Below, piece by piece: positions 58,902 to 64,000 of a stretch of DNA of 64,000 bases (its first letter is position 1; each line of letters begins with the position of its first letter). Source of the stretch: an uncultured bacterium (lineage in GTDB: Bacteria > DRYD01). A program made the position numbers and the translations under genes. The stretch spans positions 6,692-70,691 of the forward strand of contig CAKZQG010000043.1 in assembly GCA_937139605.1 (NCBI GenBank), written 5' to 3'. The notes under the pieces were generated by a model. That model was given only the letters and a program-made list of their open reading frames with translations. It made no database searches and had not been told where the DNA came from.

Positions 58902-59507
58902 TTAAAAATCGCTTGATACTTTTAGAATAATAAAGCTTTTACCACCAGGTAGTGGAGTTCCACTATATCTCATCAAACTCAACTTATTATTCTCCATAAA
59001 ATATTCTAAAATATTATTTACTACAACTAATTTGACTTTTAATAAAGAAGCAATAACAAAACTATCTGTATTTCCTTCTTTTATTAACTTCTTTAAATTG
59101 TTTAAAAATTCCTCAAAATTTTCAATATAAACTTTATAATAATTAAACAATAATAAAGGTTTAACAATAATGGAAGAAAATATTTCTTCACTTAGCCATT
59201 TTATATCAATTAATTCTGCATTACTTTTAGATAAATCTTTTAAAATATTAACAATATTATCTTTATTAGGAATTATATTTTGATAATTATCTTTATTATT
59301 TTCATAAAAACTGATTAATTTTCTAACATTTAGGGTTCTATAGATATTATCATTAATATAAATGAATTCACAAAGTAGTTTTATAACAGCAGATTTTTCT
59401 TCATTAAAATCCATAATTTTATAAAATTCATTTAATTTGGGTTTAATAAGTATTTCTTTAACTTTTTGATGGAACATTCTATGTTTTTGTAAAGTAGAGT
59501 TTTCCAT
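58902..59507 (-). CDS. Hypothetical protein
   Basis: 201-aa ORF with SD-like AGGGGCGTAGG; no confident family. Confidence 0.6.
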   Translation of the reverse strand: MENSTLQKHRMFHQKVKEILIKPKLNEFYKIMDFNEEKSAVIKLLCEFIYINDNIYRTLNVRKLISFYENNKDNYQNIIPNKDNIVNILKDLSKSNAELIDIKWLSEEIFSSIIVKPLLLFNYYKVYIENFEEFLNNLKKLIKEGNTDSFVIASLLKVKLVVVNNILEYFMENNKLSLMRYSGTPLPGGKSFIILKVSSDF

Positions 59508-59587
59508 AATTCCTACGCCCCTTTTTATATGTACATTATGTATCTATAAATTACCCTTAATTATTAAGTATTATCTTCTTAATAATT

Positions 59588-60727
59588 TTAAGATTCTTCA
59601 ATAAGTTCGATATTAGCACGTGGATATATTATTTCTTCATTAGTATCTAATATTTTAATTTTAGCTATTCTTACTTTAGATTCTGTAGGTATTTTAGTAG
59701 GTTCTTCAGGGAGATCTATTATTTGAGCGATTTTTCCAAAATATGGTTCTCTTATAATTCTTACTAAAGCTCCTTTTTCCAAGACAGTAGAAAATTGCTT
59801 ATCTTCTATTTTTGTAAGATCTTCTATTTCATTAAGAAATGGGATAATGATTTCGGGTCTTATAACTCCAGCACGTATTTGAGTAGCTCCAGAGATAGAT
59901 GCTTTTTTATTATTTGATTCTTTAAGTAAATTAAAAGTTTTATATGCCATTGAGATCTTCCCAAATCCTTCAGTAACTATTAAAGTAAATGGGATATTTT
60001 CGGTACCAGTAACAGCAACCCCTATCTCATATCCTAAAATTTCTTTAATAGTTTCTGCATCTATACCACCTGTTATTATACCTAACACTCCTAATTCAAT
60101 CAATTTATCTATAATTTCTTTTGTAATATAGCTACCACCAACAACAATATCACCTTTTTCTACATTTTCCAAAAATTTTTCATTATTTATTTCATCTTGT
60201 GGGTTATTAGCAATAACTTTAATTTTTCCGATTTTTTCTTTACCTATTCCAAAAATCCCTTGAATATAAGTACCGTAGGTCTTAATGATAGCTCCGACTT
60301 TTGGGATAACCTCTTCAACTATTCCGTCTACAAAAGCAATTGTTTCTATTGGAGTTGGATCTTTTCTTATTATTATTTGCCCTGTAGAAGTAGAAATAGA
60401 TTCAATAGTACCTGTGATAGTTGATTTTATTTCTTGTTTAAATAATCCGAAAAAAGAGGAATATTTAACAATAGTTTCTCCTTCTAATACTCTATCTCCT
60501 TCTTTTTTTAATAAAAATAGTGGTAGTTCTTGGGGATCAATTGCTAACTTATTAGCTGCATTGATAATATCGACAGGTCCCGGTAAAAATGCCTTAGCAA
60601 TAGCATCTTCTGCATTAACTTTATCATTAACATTAACAATAACATTACCTTCAATAGGTAATTTTCGTTCTTTTTTAATAACTGTTCTTTTTAGGACTTT
60701 AAGGCCTGGTACGTATGCGTGAGCCAT
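59588..60727 (-). CDS. Conserved hypothetical protein with barrel-sandwich-hybrid-like segments and a C-terminal KOW-like motif
   Basis: MAHAYVPGLKV start, ERKLP..G.V.V, S.ITGTIE.I, IQGIFGIG, VTEGFG, GATQIRAGVIRPE, KGALVRIIREPYFG. Confidence 0.75.
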   Translation of the reverse strand: MAHAYVPGLKVLKRTVIKKERKLPIEGNVIVNVNDKVNAEDAIAKAFLPGPVDIINAANKLAIDPQELPLFLLKKEGDRVLEGETIVKYSSFFGLFKQEIKSTITGTIESISTSTGQIIIRKDPTPIETIAFVDGIVEEVIPKVGAIIKTYGTYIQGIFGIGKEKIGKIKVIANNPQDEINNEKFLENVEKGDIVVGGSYITKEIIDKLIELGVLGIITGGIDAETIKEILGYEIGVAVTGTENIPFTLIVTEGFGKISMAYKTFNLLKESNNKKASISGATQIRAGVIRPEIIIPFLNEIEDLTKIEDKQFSTVLEKGALVRIIREPYFGKIAQIIDLPEEPTKIPTESKVRIAKIKILDTNEEIIYPRANIELIEES

Positions 60728-60742
60728 AAAGAAGATAAGGGA

Positions 60743-60815
60743 TGACCCTGACGGGATTCGAACCCGTGTCTCCGGCTTGAAGGGCCGGTGTCCTAGTCCA
60801 CTAGACGACAGGGCC
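60743..60815 (-). tRNA. tRNA-Glu (anticodon TTC)
   Basis: GGCCCTG/CAGGGTC acceptor stem, CCGGC-CCTTCAA-GCCGG anticodon arm, GGTTCGAATCC T-loop; CCA not encoded. Confidence 0.96.
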
Positions 60816-60928
60816 TTTTATTTCCTTTATATTTATATTCTTCTACTTTTTTAAAAAAACTCCTCCTTTTTATCAACTAAACTAAAAAATACCATAACAA
60901 ATATCAAAAAACAATTAACAATATTAAT

Positions 60929-61009
60929 AATAATTTAATAAATTTAACAAACATTTTACAATTCCCCCCCCCACTAAACACTTGACTTTTTAAAAAAAAT
61001 TATTATAAT
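60929..61009 (+). promoter_or_regulatory. Promoter of pilus operon 2 with C9 tract (copy B of duplicated promoter)
   Basis: TTAACA-aacat-TTTACA (60944-60960), C9 (60964-60972), TTGACT (60982-60987), 16 nt, TATAAT (61004-61009). Confidence 0.85.
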
Positions 61010-61073
61010 ATATAATAGCAAAATCAAAAACTAATTTAAAATCTAAATCATGAAAATTAAGGAGAAAAATAAT

Positions 61074-61568
61074 ATGATAAAGATTATAAAATACAAAAAA
61101 GGATTATCAATAATGGAAATACTAGTAGCTTTTACAATATTTTTAATAGCATTACTAGCAGTTGTTCAACTATTTTACTACTCTTTATCAATAGAAACAA
61201 ATAGTAAAATGAAAGAAATTGCACTACAAAATCTAGGAATATTATCAAGCTACATAAAAACAGCAAACATAATAACTTTTAATGATACTTCTCCTTATTT
61301 AAGTGCTCCTAGTGGCTTACTAAACCCAAGTGGAACTTTTGTAAATCTCAATGCCGCTCCTTTGAATACAATCCAATTCGTAAAACCAAACCTATTTGAA
61401 AGAAGTATTCAAGCAAGAGTCGTATCAGATATAAACTCCTCTACATTTCCTACAACTCTTGGATATCATAGAGTCGCACTATTTAATGTAACAATAAGAT
61501 GGAGAGAAAAAGGGAAATTTCAAAGTATTAATTTTGAGTTTTCTGTTAGCAGAGATATAATAAAATAA
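61074..61568 (+). CDS. PilV-like type IV minor pilin
   Basis: KKG|LSIMEILVAF; ATG at 61074 follows SD AAGGAG (the ORF track uses in-frame 61050). Confidence 0.75.
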   Translation: MIKIIKYKKGLSIMEILVAFTIFLIALLAVVQLFYYSLSIETNSKMKEIALQNLGILSSYIKTANIITFNDTSPYLSAPSGLLNPSGTFVNLNAAPLNTIQFVKPNLFERSIQARVVSDINSSTFPTTLGYHRVALFNVTIRWREKGKFQSINFEFSVSRDIIK

Positions 61569-61600
61569 TTAAAAAAATAAAAACCAAGGAGGAAAATTTA

Positions 61601-62230
61601 ATGAAAATAAAAAAATTGAATTTAATCAATTATAAAAAAAAAGAGAAAGCATTTACTTTATCAGAAGTTTTAACTTATACTTTAATATTCTCGTTATTTA
61701 CAATTCTTACCATATACACTTTTCTAACAATAAATAAAACTTATAAATTTTTATTAGCCAAAAACGAGGAATTAATAAAACTACAAAAATCAACTACACT
61801 TTTGTCAATGAATTTAGTATCAAATCCTCCAAGAGATGGAATGACTCCAGCTTATACTCTTATAATGTCTTCACCTTGGAAAATAAATAATTTTGCAAGT
61901 AGAAGAGTAAAATTAGTAGAAATCAGTGATTTTACAAACGGTAATCCCACATATGTAGATAAATTTATCTATTTTGAAGGAACCCCATTAACTGCTCCCT
62001 TTAATGATGGAAAAATATGTTTGGAAATAAGACAAGGTTCTACAGTATTACAAAGAAGAATATTAATAAATAATATAGAAGATTGTAGGTTCCAAGTTAT
62101 GCAAAATGGAATAATACAAAGCTCAGCATCTTCTGACGTAACGGGAGATAATATATTAGCTATACTATACGTCCAACAAACAAAATACAATAGAAAGTTA
62201 GTTTCTTCATTTGTAGTTTCAGGCCAATAA
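61601..62230 (+). CDS. PilW-like type IV minor pilin
   Basis: EKA|FTLSEVLTY prepilin motif; RILINNIEDCRF. Confidence 0.7.
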   Translation: MKIKKLNLINYKKKEKAFTLSEVLTYTLIFSLFTILTIYTFLTINKTYKFLLAKNEELIKLQKSTTLLSMNLVSNPPRDGMTPAYTLIMSSPWKINNFASRRVKLVEISDFTNGNPTYVDKFIYFEGTPLTAPFNDGKICLEIRQGSTVLQRRILINNIEDCRFQVMQNGIIQSSASSDVTGDNILAILYVQQTKYNRKLVSSFVVSGQ

Positions 62231-62262
62231 AATAAATTAAATAAAATTAAGGAGGTGCTAAA

Positions 62263-64000
62263 ATGATAAAAATAAAATTTAAATATAAACAAGGAAACGC
62301 TATTATATATTCCTTACTAATTGTATTCCTTATATTTATGTTAGCATTATCAATAATAAATATAACAGAAGGGCAACTGAAATTAATATCTTCCAAAGTG
62401 AGATTTTATCAAAAAATAGAAGCTGCAGATGTTGGGATAAATATTGGTGTATCCTATTTACAACAACTTATAAATTCTACGCCATCAATAATACCTAACA
62501 CAAATAGAATAGATACCGACGGCTTCGGAGTAAGCACAACAAGAAGCATTAATATATCAAAATATAAAAATACTTCATTTAGTGTTAGAACCATAATATT
62601 TGACCAAGATGTTATAAATTATTACACCATAGGTGGAAGAAATTTAAACACCTTAGAAAGTGATCTACTTAATAATGGAATAAATACAGTAGCTTCTCAT
62701 GACGATACAAATAATCCCGAAGGTCCCCCTTATTTAATAATATCTGAAGTAAATTCCCCTATAGGCTCTAAAGTTTATAAAATTTCCATAGTTAATTTAG
62801 AAAACTTTAATAGATTCGCTTATTTTACTAATGTAGAGCTAACTCCAACTGGTAGTCCTATTTGGTTTTTAGTAGGAGAAGATCAACTAACAGGACCTGT
62901 AAGAACAAATTCTAACATAGTAAGATGGGCAATACCAACTGATTACTATACAAATAATACATATACAAAACCAACTTTTAAAGGAAGCTTTACTTTCACA
63001 GGAAACAGAAGTTATTATACTTCAACTCCTCCTGCATCAACAGGAGGGATCCAATTATATTACTCAGGAACAGCCCCAGATACAGAAGCTAAACTACAAC
63101 AAATAATAGAAGGCGGAAGCTCCAAATTCATAGGAAATAGTTCTAAAATAAATCTTACCTCAAGTATAACTTCAGAAGACGCTGTAAAAGCAAGAGTATG
63201 GCCAAGGTTGTCAACTAATCCACCACCAACTAGCACCACAGGGATATTCGTAGATGTTGATAGTAACGGTAAAATAATAAGTGGAATATACCTAAATAAT
63301 GCATCTAGTAATAATGTGTTTAGTATAGATCTAAGTGGAACTAATCAAGGAACAACTGTATATCCTACATATTCAATAAAATTTAACCAATCAGATAACC
63401 CAATAATACTTTACAAAAAAGATACTGATAATAGCAGAACCTTAAATATAACTAAAGGAAGCGCCTCAACAATGAAAGTAAAAGTATTAGACATCCCAAC
63501 AAATCAAATAGTTAATCTAAAAGATTTGCTAGATAATACTACAGGATATAGTAGCTTCCCAGGTGCAAATTATACAGTAAATGATCCTAAAGCAATAGTA
63601 TTAGAGCAAACTGTTGGAAGTGAAAAAAGAGTAGTAGTAGTTAAATTAGCAAATAGTGAATCATTCTTCCAAAATACTATCTGGATAAATGATAATATAG
63701 GGAACCCATTAAAAAGTACCACTAAAACCGGTGGATTAAGTGGGGAATATGTAGAGCCTTTAAGTATTATAGCAAAACCTGTTTCTTCCCCTTCAAGTAG
63801 CACTGGATTTTATGACATAAGAATAAAAGGAGACTTAAAACCTTACCAACTACCGATTGGCAATAGACCAGATCCCAATAGCGATAAAAGAGTATTAGGA
63901 TTATATGCAGATAGAATATTTATAAGCAGAAATGCAACTCTAAATACCACAGGAACAAATAGAGGAATTTATATATATGCTTCAATTATGGCTTTAAAAG
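62263..64000 (+). CDS. Large PilX-N-terminal pilin-like protein (DUF4900-like), truncated by the window end
   Basis: Manual translation from ATG 62263 (SD GGAGGT): KQG|NAIIYSLL..., EAADVG, FNRFAYFTN..IWFLVGEDQLTGPVRTNSN, ...IYIYASIMAL. The segments checked, including the window end, are in frame, and absence from the ORF track fits a frame with no stop. Confidence 0.7.
   Translation, partial: MIKIKFKYKQGNAIIYSLLIVFLIFMLALSIINITEGQLKLISSKVRFYQKIEAADVGINIGVSYLQQLINSTPSIIPNTNRIDTDGFGVSTTRSINISKYKNTSFSVRTIIFDQDVINYYTIGGRNLNTLESDLLNNGINTVASHDDTNNPEGPPYLIISEVNSPIGSKVYKISIVNLENFNRFAYFTNVELTPTGSPIWFLVGEDQLTGPVRTNSNIVRWAIPTDYYTNNTYTKPTFKGSFTFTGNRSYYTSTPPASTGGIQLYYSGTAPDTEAKLQQIIEGGSSKFIGNSSKINLTSSITSEDAVKARVWPRLSTNPPPTSTTGIFVDVDSNGKIISGIYLNNASSNNVFSIDLSGTNQGTTVYPTYSIKFNQSDNPIILYKKDTDNSRTLNITKGSASTMKVKVLDIPTNQIVNLKDLLDNTTGYSSFPGANYTVNDPKAIVLEQTVGSEKRVVVVKLANSESFFQNTIWINDNIGNPLKSTTKTGGLSGEYVEPLSIIAKPVSSPSSSTGFYDIRIKGDLKPYQLPIGNRPDPNSDKRVLGLYADRIFISRNATLNTTGTNRGIYIYASIMALK

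Noticed and set aside
49774-60815. An integrated element bounded by the two tRNA genes
   Set aside because: No integrase or duplicated tRNA 3' end was seen, and the interval holds housekeeping genes (tkt, tilS, rnhB)
6092-63803. Short antisense or overlapping ORFs in the track (e.g. 6092-6334, 6508-6969, 11479-11739, 17881-18063, 18542-18811, 22442-22654, 43292-43486, 60285-60722, 63570-63803)
   Set aside because: They are shadows of well-supported genes on the opposite strand or in another frame, with no motifs or SD support

Overview
Very AT-rich, gene-dense bacterial chromosome segment from an unidentified lineage. It is probably diderm (TolC-like and LolA-like genes) but also carries spoVS and a DUF4912 gene. 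Housekeeping content: partial infB, ugd, serS, an isolated rplR-rpsE-rplO block, murB, pgeF, birA, acpS, aspS, glgA, hemL-like, transketolase, tilS (split by a -1 frameshift in a T9 tract), rnhB, tRNA-Leu(GAG) and tRNA-Glu(TTC). Accessory content: a CusCBA-type Cu/Ag efflux system, a hicBA toxin-antitoxin pair bracketed by ~84-bp direct repeats, an orphan PTS EIIC, an orphan FliF-like ring protein, several secreted or effector-like unknowns, and two separate type IV pilus minor-pilin/tip operons. The main unexplained structure is regulatory. (i) The two pilin operons, 26 kb apart and on opposite strands, share an ~81-bp near-identical promoter whose only length difference is a poly-C tract (C10 vs C9) between an upstream box and the -35. 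This layout suggests phase-variable switching of pilus tips. (ii) The same box, TTAACA-N5-TTTACA (OmpR/WalR/PhoP-type direct repeat), recurs in intergenic DNA next to the FliF-like gene, a pore-former-like gene, a nuclease/hicBA locus and, in degenerate form, a secreted protein gene, outlining a candidate surface/export regulon. Also seen: a GC-rich structured RNA candidate at ~9.13-9.21 kb, two decayed paralogous pseudogenes of an unknown membrane protein, and CDSs starting 11-15 nt after tRNA 3' ends with no Shine-Dalgarno. No CRISPR array, rRNA or transposase was recognised.
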